Assembly (NCBI RefSeq): GCF_001186125.1
Contig: NW_014039818.1
Span: 6,870-46,149, forward strand
Direction of reading: 5' to 3'
DNA length: 39,280 nucleotides
Source: Sphaeroforma arctica JP610
Taxonomy: Eukaryota
This document shows, one piece after another, positions 12,330 through 23,871 of the stretch (within the stretch, counting starts at the first letter, position 1; each line of letters begins with the position of its first letter). The notes under the pieces were generated by a model. It saw only the letters and a list, made by a program, of their open reading frames with translations. It did not search any database and was not told where the DNA came from. Made by a program: the position numbers and the translations under genes.

Positions 12330-14140
12330 ATGCTAGAAGCTACTATGCATGCACATGCGAACACGGTTCGATCACTGGATACTGGGCACATTGATACAGA
12401 GAATCGTAAAAATAGGAAGCTTGCTGACTCTCCCACAACACACAATTTGAATTCACACATTAGGGAGCATAGTTCAAATATTCACATTCAAGATCACATT
12501 CAAGACGATCACATTCAAGAAGATTAAATTCAAGCTCACACTCTGTAAAGATCACATTCATGATCGAACTGAAGTTCACATTCAAGATCACATACAAGGT
12601 GTTGAATCAGAAGCAGAGGAAGTCGTGGGAGAACAAAGTGAAGAGAAAGACATGATAATGAAAGGCCACAACAGACGAATACAAAACAACGACACGATGG
12701 CGATGGTTCTGAAAAATAACAGCCTTCATCCGAGCTTGTCAACGAGAGCGTGGCGACGACAATTGTGAAGAAGAATCGTCGGCCGACCTGGATACGGATC
12801 CAGAAGATAGTGAATACTATTTGACTCGTTTGCTGACATGAGCACCGCACCTGCTACGATGACACCAGTTAGAGGGTCGCCCTGCGAATGTCAGCTTTTA
12901 ATCAACAAAAAAATCTAAAAACAGAATATCTTAGGAGGCGCAAGATAGAAGTTAAGTCTAACGGGCTAATTATATCAACGAAGTTTTAAAACGGTATGCA
13001 AAACCCATCGCAGTTAACCTCGTGTTTGATTTGGGTGAGAAGAAGTCAACATCTACCGCATTAAAGCAGACTTTGGTGACTGTACTGCTACTCAACGATA
13101 ATACCTGAGAAGAGATGTAATTGTTCCCGTATTGGCCATATATTCCGTCAAGTATCAACAAAACAGCCGTGAAGGTAGCCAAAGAGAACAGTAAAGCCGG
13201 AGCTAAGCGAACGCTAAGCGTTGTCTGCAGGATGATGTACATTACAATGACCGATGACCTTCATAAAGCTGATGTTGTAGGTACACAGAGCTTGCAAGGG
13301 TGCCGGGGAAGACTTGACAATGGATAGATTTGTCACCGGGACGATTTGCCAAAAACGTCGCTGACAAGGATTAATATGTAAACAAAATTGACGTCGAAGC
13401 AGTGTTAGCAAATAACAATACCAGCGCAACAGCCACCAAAAAGACATATCCATGGATACCAAATCTGTCAGCATGAGAGGAAGATTTGGTAACAATAGAA
13501 GAAATGGATGATCCGTATTAACGCCCCGCCAAGTATGTTGATCAGATAAGAAATGGAGGTCCGTTGGACATAACCCTGGTGGACACTATCAAGGCAGCTG
13601 CTGATGAAAGCTCGGATAATTGGAAGGACGAGCTCGGCAATCTGTGGAAAGATTTGAAATCAGAGTTTTTGAGCTTTTATTTGAGACAGTCAAAAGGTGG
13701 ATGTAATTCTCTGAGTGTTTTGTGTTTTGCAGTTAGTGTATATCCCGTAAATATGTACTCTTATGCGCAAGACTTGGATTGCTTGTTTGTTTTTGAAACT
13801 GTATCAAATCCGTTGATCCCCACCGGATTAAGCTCTGCATCACAAGCCTGTAACTCAAGTGAAAAGTTCACTCCAGCCACACAAGTCACATCAAAACGAC
13901 ATCGATTCAGTAGTATTTCTTCACCACCTGATTCACTAGACGTATTTACACCCACCTCTCATAAAAGTTCGTGATCTCGAAAGTATCATGAAAGATATGC
14001 AGTCTGTACAAAAAGTACTTCGGGGTGCGGAATACAGGAAGAACAACACGGGTCAAAACTGAAGAAGAGACATGACAAGTTAAGCGACGAATTGGATGCA
14101 TTGGTCTGATCAGCCAATCGCAAAGTTGTCTGTTCATATA
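12330..14140 (+). pseudogene. Fragmented ORF convergent with the Harbinger transposase; probable ORF1 of that element
   Basis: Chain of broken ORFs (12330-12527, 13121-13327, 13564-13974) ending tail-to-tail with the transposase across an AT-rich spacer. Assignment is by position; no diagnostic motif was recognised. Confidence 0.35.
12478..12595 (+). repeat. Degenerate 12/15-bp tandem repeat (ATCACATTCAAG; encodes HIQD)
   Basis: About 7-8 imperfect copies of tcacattcaaga. Confidence 0.8.
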
Positions 14141-14399
14141 ATATTAAATATATGATGTTTATGCAAAGCGAGTCGTGTCTATGTATTTGTACATACTAGC
14201 CACGCACTCGTACATATAAATATATTTACATGATGATGATTATACAAAGCGAGCTACAATAACAGCAGCAATATTTAGATATCATGTATATGAACAATAA
14301 TAAAAAGAAATTACTAATAAATAATGCTTTCATCAATCACTTTATTAACTTTGTCTATATTTGTGTATATTCTCTAAATTTGAAATTATAGATATGTCT

Positions 14400-15674
14400 T
14401 GTTTGTACCTTGCTTTCTGTGTGTCTGATTTCTTCGTACATTCCAGTCTAACCTTCCCAATCCTTTTTCGTCCACTTCACCTGCTATATGTGTCATAAGA
14501 GGTTGTAATGTAGCAGACTTAGACGCTAAAGCCGCATAATGACTTTTTTTTCAAATTTATCTCATCACGTGTAACTTGTTTGTCTGCTTCTGTAAGGTCT
14601 CCACTCAAATAGTATGTCTGGAAACCCCACACACGCTCGTAATATTCCCCTTTAACAGTCCCGCTCCATCCTTTGTTTGAAACACTATACTCTGATGGAG
14701 TACTTCTATTACTTCTGCGCCCTTCAATTATATCACTCACGTCAATACTTACATTATTAAACTCAGTATTTGAGATGTCAAAATAAATATGTCCTTCTAC
14801 ATCGTCAAAACCGATATAATAAATTTGTAATTTAGCTAGGCACATAAGTAGCTCAGGAACAAATGCAAAGCTAAATTGTATCGGCGATTACTTTCTTACA
14901 AATATCCCAAACGCTTGCTCAATATACATACGTGTTTGGGATTGAACGAAATTAAAGGCATCCCAGTATTCGCCCAGGTTTCTCCCCGGACAAGGAATAA
15001 GCATGAATTTATCACCCGTGTACGCATTATCACCTACTACATAATACGGTCGAGGCAGCGTCCGAATCATATCTAAAAAGCCACAGGCCTCGAAGGCACA
15101 CTTATCATGTACGGAGCCAAGAGATGAACAAGAAAATGCTGTGAATCGCGTTCAAATATTGCATATACAGTACTTTTATGCATTATATGTGTAATGCATA
15201 GAAGTACACTCTAAACCCTTCCCATGACTTCATCGCGTTCACACATAGGTGTGATAGCTTGTTATAAAACTGAAAACTAAGGTAAGCTCGTGCGCATGTC
15301 AACATGGAAATAGTTCATTTGTAGCATGTGTCCAGCGATCTCATCGAACGATGGCCGAAAACGATACACACGTGATCCTCTAGATACGATATTTGATCGT
15401 TCTAGTACAGGAATGATGTTTGTTAATACCGTTAATATTGTAGTTATTATCATAGTGGTTGTAATTTATCCTCACTTTCGGAGTCTTCATCACTACTTAA
15501 TTCACTATCCTCTTCCTTATCAATACTTCTTGTGTTGATGCTTTTCACCTCCATTGTACGCAAAATATTGCTAAGCACATCATTAGCACTGGATGTATCC
15601 TCATTGATGGCATTAGCCAATCGATGTCTCAATGCTGCTCGGTGTGTGTAGAAGATGGGAAGTTCCTCGTCCAT
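14400..15674 (-). mobile_element. PIF/Harbinger (DDE_Tnp_4, HARBI1-like) transposase remnant with internal deletion
   Basis: RFTAFSCSSLGSVHDKCAF (GSxHD motif, ~15080-15150), then YYVVGDNAY..LIPCPG..FNFVQSQTRMYIEQAFGIFVRK (14888-15070), then LMCLAKLQIYYI (eroded xCxxLHN). The N-terminal MRTSLP*FSVL..ITPMCERDEVMG resembles the FRMS..F..L helix. The HTH/IDG(T/S)H core appears deleted. Confidence 0.8.
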
Positions 15675-16837
15675 ATTGTATCACAAAAGAACAGAGGTTG
15701 TATATATTAGAAGTTGCATATATTTATTAGACACTTTCTATGATATATTATAACATGCATTTAAATTATTGAAAGCTACGCACTTAGAGTAGGTTTATAA
15801 ATAGTCTGTACTTTGGCGGGAAATGTCGAGGTATACGTTAACTACTTTGGTGCAATTGAGTCTGAAATCTCGAAAGGACACCTTCTGAGTCGTTTCAAAA
15901 AAAAATCAGCCTTAATTTGCCCTATTATTGTTACTATTACGAAAATTTGCTGTAACCCATTATACTCGGCCTGACTTTCATAGCCTCATAGGCCAAGTAT
16001 TTTGGTCATAGCCTTCTGAAAATTGAACACTAGAGGAGGCTGATACTGTTTCTAAAAAACACAATAAGGCTCACGCCTCACGGAGTCACAGCTCTCGAGC
16101 CTCTCACTCTCGCCGGGCTCACTAGATATTATTTCTAACTAAATAGTCACTTGCAAGTTGCCACTTGCCAGTCCCGTCGCCAGTCTCGAGTCCCAACAGA
16201 TGAACAGAACAGAACCCTCCAGAGCCCAGGGATGCAGCCTATAGTCCTGCAGTCCTGCTCTGTGTCTCATGGCAGCCTGTGTTAGGACTCAGTAGTCAGG
16301 ACGCAGGGATCAGGACATCAGGACTCCGTCCTGACCTAAGGCTTGAGTAAATCTGAATTGAGTCCGAGACTCTGAGACCATTTCTTTCAAGCCAATACCG
16401 GGTGCCCGGGTAAGTACATACAAAGTATTTACAAAGTACGAACCACAAAGTAAATACAAACTACTAAAAAAAAGAAGGAGAATTTAATATTTTAGATAGA
16501 GAAAGCATTATGATGTACTGTATTTACCTTTGAAGAATGAGAATTGAGGCATTTGTCCCGTCAGTCCGTCATAGACTTCAGCCACCTCAATACGTTTACG
16601 TTTCAACGTTTAAATTCCAATAAGTATACGTTCAATGTTATACCTTTATATCCAAATAGTGGTCCTAAAAATATATTTGGGGGCATTTTCCAGGTCCGAT
16701 AGTCTGACCTGTTTTAGTTCTCCATATCGACTCGCCAATCTATATGTCTGTCAGACGTCAGTTGCTAAAGTTGACATGTCCCTATCGCTATTTACATTGG
16801 AAATAAAATAACAAGTATTCTTTAAATAAAATAACAA

Positions 16838-17299
16838 TTGACTGAGCGGTGTATAAGTCTGTTGAAAGCCTTATTTGCGAGTCGCAAATCGGAGAAGAAC
16901 ATGGTTCTGAGAATGTTTGAGGCAGGAGGGCTGGGGCAGGTGCTGGAGCAATTGTCTGAGAGGAGAGAAGACGACATAGCGCGTCAAGAAGAGAGGGAAC
17001 AAGCGGGCCGGAGACATCAGGTGAGGGTAGCCGCGAGAACAAAACAGTTGCAAGCAGCAGCAGCTAGACAGGAGTCCAGGGTTTCAGGGATGACAGGTCT
17101 GAGAGGGGCGTGCTTGATTTGCAAGCAGGATGGTCACTATGTGAAAGAGTGTCCTGTGTTGAAAGACGTGGTGTGTCATACGTGTAGCAAGAGAGGTCAC
17201 ACTGCGAGATTCTGTCCTATAACACGATCCGAGGATAATGTATCGGCAGCAGCGTCTGGGGAGGTGCGTATGAGTGCAGATGGGACACCCGAATTGTGA
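16838..17299 (+). CDS. gag: Gag fragment with two CCHC zinc knuckles
   Basis: CLICKQDGHYVKEC and CHTCSKRGHTARFC. Confidence 0.85.
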   Translation: MTERCISLLKALFASRKSEKNMVLRMFEAGGLGQVLEQLSERREDDIARQEEREQAGRRHQVRVAARTKQLQAAAARQESRVSGMTGLRGACLICKQDGHYVKECPVLKDVVCHTCSKRGHTARFCPITRSEDNVSAAASGEVRMSADGTPEL

Positions 17300-17393
17300 C
17301 ATGCGGCGGCGGCTAGTCATGAAGGACCAGGCCAACCGTTGATATATAGTTATGTGGAGAGTGAAAATGTTATGTTTTTAAAACCCTAAAAAC

Positions 17394-20300
17394 ATGTTTG
17401 TTGATCAAGGCGCCGATATGTCGATGATTTCTAAGGGTTTGGTAGAGCGTCTGGGACTGGTTGCTCAGTATGATTTGTGTGGAGAGTGGGTTACGGGATT
17501 TGGTGCTCCGCTTTATGTAGAATGCAAGGTGCGAGATGTTGAGGTTGTTTTGCCTACTTTAGTAAGAGAAAGGAGGGTTAAGTTGGATAGGTGGGTTATG
17601 GATTGGATTCCACACAATGCGGGTAAGTTGTTAGGTAGACGTGAATTGAATGGGTATGGACTAACTGGGGCAGTACTCACTAGGCAAGGGGTGACTAAGT
17701 ATAGACTGCTTCCGGTTGAGGTGGTAAGAGAGAAGCCATCAGACTTTAAGACCTGGCTGAATAAAGAGGCGTCTGAGCCGGTGTTAGATTATATTCAGCA
17801 TGTAGCGGCGCCGTTATTATATCAGCGAACAGAACAGCAACACCATTTGATAATATGCAAGATGATGGGGGTTATGATTCAGGTTATGAAATTGATGGAT
17901 CCGGGGGTGAGGACTATTATCTAATGTTCGATGCGAGTGGATTGGAACTGTTGGCTGAAGAACTGGGGAAGTCTATGGATGAATTGGCAGAGTTGGTAGC
18001 GGCTACTAGGAGGGTGGCGTACAATGACAAGAAACCAAAGTTTGTGAAGGATCGGATGCTTAAGCATCAGATCAAAGAAGGAGGGGCGACTTTGAGACAA
18101 GTATATGCAGAGAAAGATGTGCGACTTATAGAAGTGATGAAGAAGAAGGTGCAACTATTACTTGAATCTGGGTTGATAGAGAGGGTGCAAGATACAGATT
18201 GGCTTACAGGACCAAAACTTGTGCCTAAGGTGCCGGGTAGTAATCCCAGATATGAGGAACCCAAGGATTGGAGGATGTGCATAAAGTATATGCGTACGAA
18301 TTATCAGCTAAATTCGGGTACATATCCGATACCAACAGAAGATGAATTTCTGGCAACAGTTAAGGGGCGCAAGTGGAGAACCAATGTGGACGCTGGAAAT
18401 AGTTTTGAGCAGTTAATGATAGAGCCTGGTAGTCGAGGGGTTACTGCCTTTTTGACGCCCTGGGGAGAGAGATTACAATTTATTGGGATGCCGTTTGGTT
18501 TGAAGGAAGCATCATTTGTGTTCCAACAACTAATGGAAGAGACATTGGAGGGAATTAAAGGAATTCCGATGTACATTGATGGTACCGCGTTAGGTTCGGA
18601 TGATCCAGCTGAGCATTGGGATGGTATTGTAGAGATGATCAGGCGCTTTGAGGTAAAAGGGATACAGTTGCGGCTGTCAAAATGTAATTTCGCGTATCGA
18701 GAAGATTATATAGTCGTGATGGGTCGAGAGGTTACAGATACGGGCTCGATGATAAGTGAATTAAAGCTTCAGGCGTTATTAGATATGCCCAGGCCCAAAA
18801 CCACAGCCGAAGTCAGGTCGTGGTATCAGTGTTTTGGATGGTGGGCGAGATACGTTCTGAATTTCTCAATTGTGTTGGCTCCGATTAGTGATTTGACTAA
18901 GAAGAAGGTACGGTTCCAGTGGGGTCCTGAGCAGGAGAAGGCTTTTCAGTCGGCTCGGAAGATTTTGCTGGCGAAGACAGTCTTAGTAGAACCTAGACAA
19001 GAGGAGCAACTTAGGTTGCAGACAGATGCGTCGGATTCGGGTATAGGTGTTTGTTTATGTGTGAGAATAGATGGAGAATGGCTTCCTGTGGGCTTTGTGA
19101 GTTCCAAGATAGACTTCCATGCTAATTTGTCTCCGACAGATAGATAATTGATAGCGCTAGCATATGAGGTTTTGAAGTTCGCGGGTTTGATTAAGAGATC
19201 ATACGCGGTGCTTATAGTAGAGATGGATCATCAGCCTTTAATTGGTGGGGTTCAGCAGGTAAAGTTCACGTCAGATCCAGTGGGTAAGAGACGGTACAGG
19301 AATGTTATGTATGTACGATCGTTTGATATGGATCTACGGTACCTGGAAGGTCCAAAGAACAAAGTTTCGGATGGACTTAGTCGTATGCCGTGGTGGTTTA
19401 ATCCTATTATGGTGCCTGTGTCGGTAGAGGGTGTTAAATTCGCTGCATGTGCAAAAATGGGTCTGCCAGAGATTGATGAAGGTGTTGATTTGTCATTTGA
19501 TAAAGTCTGCAAGATTGTGGAAGACAGGAGGGTCCGGCTGGCGGTGGTTAAAGAGAAGCTGCGAGTGTTAGAGGAGAGTCTTGATGACAAGGTCAGGGCC
19601 GACTTCAAGGTTCGTGTGGGTTTATTGCATCAGCAGGTTACTGCAGTGATGGAGAGAGGTATTACTAAGATGTGGGATCCGGATGTAATGGCTAGCGAAC
19701 AGCTTAAGTGTATTGGTCTAAGTGTATGGTCAGAACTTGTTCAGCCTTTGCAAGAGTACGTTATTACGCTGGTGCATCAGACTTTAGCGCATGCTGGGGT
19801 AGATAGGATACGGGAGTTCCTGAAGGTTAAGTATGGAGAGGAAGTGTTGCGTTCGCAGGTTGTGAAGGTTTTGAAGAGTTATGTTGCGTGTCAACAGGTT
19901 GAGGGATTCGTGGGGCTACAGGGCTGTTAATGCAGCCTGAGAGGCCGAAAGGGGTTGTAGTGTGTATAGGCATGGATTATTTGACCTTGCCAAGGACAGT
20001 TCACGGTTTCGAAGGTACAGTAGTGGCCATAGACCATTTTTCGAGGATGGTGTGGTGTCGGCCATACACGTTGGAAGAGAAGAATACTAAAGGGGTATTA
20101 GAGTTTGTTCAACAACAAGTGTTGCCTTGGGGTACACCAAAGAAGGTAGTATGAAAAGTTTCTGGGCAGAGAGAGGTGCAGAATGTCATTACGTATCAGT
20201 AAATAGGCATCAGGGTAATGGTAGGGCAGAGAGGGTCTTGCGTACGATTGTGGGTTGGCTTGCTAAGAGCTTGCCGGTTGGGGAGGAAACCTTATGGCCA

Positions 20301-20903
20301 GCATATATATATTCAGTTATGTTGGCGTACAATGCGACAGTGAATTCGGCCACGGGTATCAGCCCATACTATCATGTTACGGGCCGGCATTATACGGGGC
20401 AGGTTGATAGAGTAATTCAGGCGAAGTTGTTAGAGGTGATAGGTTCTGAGCTTCTGAGTGAAGCTGCTGTGCGGGATAGATCGGTGGCCATTAGAGATGA
20501 AGTGGAGAAGGAGGCGCAGGCAAAGGCGGCAGACAAGAATAGAAAAGAGGCACCAGATTGGCAGCCGGGGCAGTTGGTTTGGTATACTGGTAGATCGAAG
20601 GATAGTAAGTTGGCAAAAACCTATTTAGTGAGAGGCACGATTGTTATAAGAGAACACTTACAAGGGATGTACAAGGTCAAGATTAATGGGAAGGTTAAGT
20701 CAATACATGTGGATCCGCTTAAGGTGAGGTTAGAGGATCCGAAGCACGAGGCCAGTTTTATTATGCGTAGGAGGGAAGCTTGTTTGATCTGGCTCTACAA
20801 TTATACTGGTGAAGGGGCAGCTAGTGTTACAGAACTTGATGAAATGGTGGCAGTAATGCGATCAACAAAGATGGGGAGGACTTGGTTTTTCAGAATTCCA
20901 TAA
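17394..20903 (+). pseudogene. pol: Pol: aspartic protease, reverse transcriptase, RNase H, integrase (interrupted)
   Basis: PR FVDQGADMSMIS. RT WRMCIKY..TAFLTPWG..MPFGLKEA..YIDG (catalytic YxDD mutated, GAT>GGT). RH LQTDASDSGIG..DR*LIALAY..MDHQPL..NKVSDGLSR. IN VHQTLAHAG..CQQ, GMDYL, IDHFSR, HQGNGRAER, YNATVNSATGISPY. Confidence 0.9.
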
Positions 20904-21009
20904 CTCTGTCAAGTACATTGGCTGCTCCATCGGCATTAGCGATTTGTATGTTGTTCACTAAAGTGTGTTGTGCTGTGGTAGTCTATATCTGTATCACGGG
21001 ATGCCTTAC

Positions 21010-22917
21010 TCAATACCAACTATGATGTCTCGGTTTCAGATTTACAAGCCCGCGAACACCTTGCGCCTCTTTGTCAGCTAGTACCAATTCAGATATAGTG
21101 ATGTATCGTTGTTTTGTAACATCGAATGCGGAATAGTTCTCCAATTCTTCCATTGTTCTCTCTATATTACTTCGTTCGCGTGCCACGTTTCTGTTTGCGA
21201 CTGTTCTTCTCTCGAATACAATTTCTTTGTTTTGTTTCTTACGTGGGGTTGCTACGCACACATTATTGGACTCCAGCTCATAACGTTCTGTTAAACCCTT
21301 GTCGTACATATAGACGACAGCGCTAAAAACACATCCTAAAATTTGGCCGTATTTTGTGTATGAGTGTATGCCATTATCAGTGGCCGCTCCAGGAAAGCCA
21401 GCTGATATATGGCACACATACGATGAAGCGTCGGTGACAACATTTTGCTTCATCGTCTCACGTTTATTTATAATCCGAGTGCGAAGCAACATGCAGCGCC
21501 GGACATTTCGCATACAGATCTTCTATGATTCGTTCTGTAGCGTCACTAATATACACAGCGTCATCTTTCATACCTATTGCGGAGAGTACATCACGTGACT
21601 GTGTAGCTGTACATACAGGCATGATGTATTCGAAGATATCGCTACAAGCGAACACCCAAGCTGGGTTCATCCGTCTCGCTGTGGACTCACTGATGCCAAA
21701 GTCTTCGCTGCTCTCGGAATTTTTGCTCGCATATACCTTAGTATTTATAAGAATAAAACGAGTTGTTCGAATGTCGCTAAAGATCGTGGCCCTCCTGTAC
21801 TGCTTGTATGCATTGTGCTTGTTTTGTTTACAGATGGACTCTCCCGTTTACATCACTGTTGTCTTCATTGTCTTTGCTCCGGACGGCAGTCATTTCTTCG
21901 TGTGCCAATCCCATACATCTCTTAACACAGTCAGAATCCCAGAACTGTAAATTATTGCATCTGTCTCTGAAGTTAACTATATCGAATGGTAGCGCAACTA
22001 ATTTGAATCGAGACTCCCCAAGATAGCGTAGGCACTTTCGTTTATCAGCTTTGCAAGCAAGCATTGATGAATACTGATGGTTCGTGTGTTACTGCAGCAG
22101 GCGTCTTAAAAAAGGATAACTGTATACTATATACCCCGCGGTGAAACGGAGTCACGACAGCACTAGCATTTGATGCTAAAATACCGTTCTGTTTGAAAAA
22201 TTCTATACATACGCGATCGGCCGGAGTTGTAGTTGATCTAGGTGTAGGTTTTGATAGTATTTGTATGGGTGTATATATTGGGATAGAGCCAGTCTCTACA
22301 GTTTTTCTCTCTGTATTACTATCTATCTGGCCTTCATTAAAATGATGATGTGCGATGCGAAGCTTCTTTCTTGATCTTAGATCGTTCAGTTCTCTTATGT
22401 ATTCTCGCTTCTTGGCTGCATTGCGTACAGCTGCATCTATCCACGCTACTGTCATCTTTCTTGACTTTAATACTCGAGGAACTAAGAAATATACACCATT
22501 CAATAGATTTTCCCCACATACATCATCATAATTCGTACAGATGCATTGTACCCTATGTTTTTCCCCTCGCACTATCTTCAGAATGACGCGATCGTCATTC
22601 CATTGCAATTTTAGTGTCGGAACTGTATTGACTCCAGCATGTACTCCGTTATCTTTATTGACAAGGTGATGCTTGGGAAAGTGCCTTGCATTTATAAGTG
22701 CGTTATTATGCGATGTGTAGCGCATGCGCATGCACTTCTGACATCGTTCTTCACTTCCGTTTGGGTTCAATATCTTCACCCATCGCAGTGCTCGAGCGCC
22801 ATCTCGTAGAGGCAATCGTATCTTTCTCGACGTCAATGTAAAGCACGTCTTTAGCTCGCATATGCATGCGAGTTTCAACTCGTTAGGTTTAGCTGATTTT
22901 CTCTTCGTTGAGAGCAT
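21010..22917 (-). mobile_element. ISL2EU-type (DDE_Tnp_4) transposase with two N-terminal THAP-like domains; frameshifted
   Basis: Two THAP-like units lie in 22045-22917 (CICELKTC..LP..RWV..INARHF..VP; CIC..DVC..VP..AWI..IAHHHF..IP). HTH EDFGISESTARR...W is at ~21660-21720. The catalytic region reads YISDATERIIE..SHSDYK..MKQNVVTDASSYVCHISAGFPGAATD..YDKGL..TP..VARERSNIER, matching the ISL2EU pattern DCTE..YSxYK..GxxSD..DKG..RxHVER. Confidence 0.82.
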
Positions 22918-23428
22918 ACTGAGTATTTATCGTTCGCCTTGTTGATCTCTCCATTGCGTGTCCGCTAAAAAGTTAAATTGGTGCTACGCTAATTTAAATC
23001 ATCTGACGAGAACCAGTACACTCCTATGTATTGATTTAAGTATGCGTAGCTGGATACAACCACTAATGAGGTCATACGCACCGCGTGAACTACTTGTGTG
23101 TGTGTGTGTGCACATACGCAAGTTTTGATGTTTATATTTTTATAATTTCACACGCGCTTTTATTCCCAACAAACCCTAAAACAGAGCAGACAAATCACAA
23201 CAATACACCAAACCTTAATCTAAATGATAAGCAATATCAATTGGTAGCTTTAAGGGTCGACCTTTTACATTTAAAGCGGATGGTGGAAGACACCGATGCA
23301 AAAATCGCCCAATACCATTAACAGAACAAGAATGAACGAAAAAAAAGTCAGGCAGGATGTCATGAGCGAGTTTAATAGATTGTGCTTGCAAGCACAGGCT
23401 CGTGCCAGACACCCTAATACACAAGGGC

Positions 23429-23871
23429 NNNNNNNNNNNNNNNNNNNNNNNNNNNNNNNNNNNNNNNNNNNNNNNNNNNNNNNNNNNNNNNNNNNNNNNN
23501 NNNNNNNNNNNNNNNNNNNNNNNNNNNNNNNNNNNNNNNNNNNNNNNNNNNNNNNNNNNNNNNNNNNNNNNNNNNNNNNNNNNNNNNNNNNNNNNNNNNN
23601 NNNNNNNNNNNNNNNNNNNNNNNNNNNNNNNNNNNNNNNNNNNNNNNNNNNNNNNNNNNNNNNNNNNNNNNNNNNNNNNNNNNNNNNNNNNNNNNNNNNN
23701 NNNNNNNNNNNNNNNNNNNNNNNNNNNNNNNNNNNNNNNNNNNNNNNNNNNNNNNNNNNNNNNNNNNNNNNNNNNNNNNNNNNNNNNNNNNNNNNNNNNN
23801 NNNNNNNNNNNNNNNNNNNNNNNNNNNNNNNNNNNNNNNNNNNNNNNNNNNNNNNNNNNNNNNNNNNNNNN
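23429..23871. other. Assembly gap (N run)
   Basis: 443 Ns. Confidence 1.

Larger units (their letters stand above)
16838..20903 (+). mobile_element. Ty3/Gypsy LTR retrotransposon internal region (gag-PR-RT-RH-IN), decayed
   Basis: The domain order PR-RT-RH-IN is the Gypsy order. Reading is broken by stops at 17299, 19147 and 19930 and by frameshifts. No paired LTRs were found. Confidence 0.93.

Noticed and set aside
16678..16698. tRNA-Pro primer-binding site (TGGGGGC...) for the Gypsy element
   Set aside because: Only 7 nt match, it is not preceded by a clear LTR-terminal CA, and no second LTR defines the boundary
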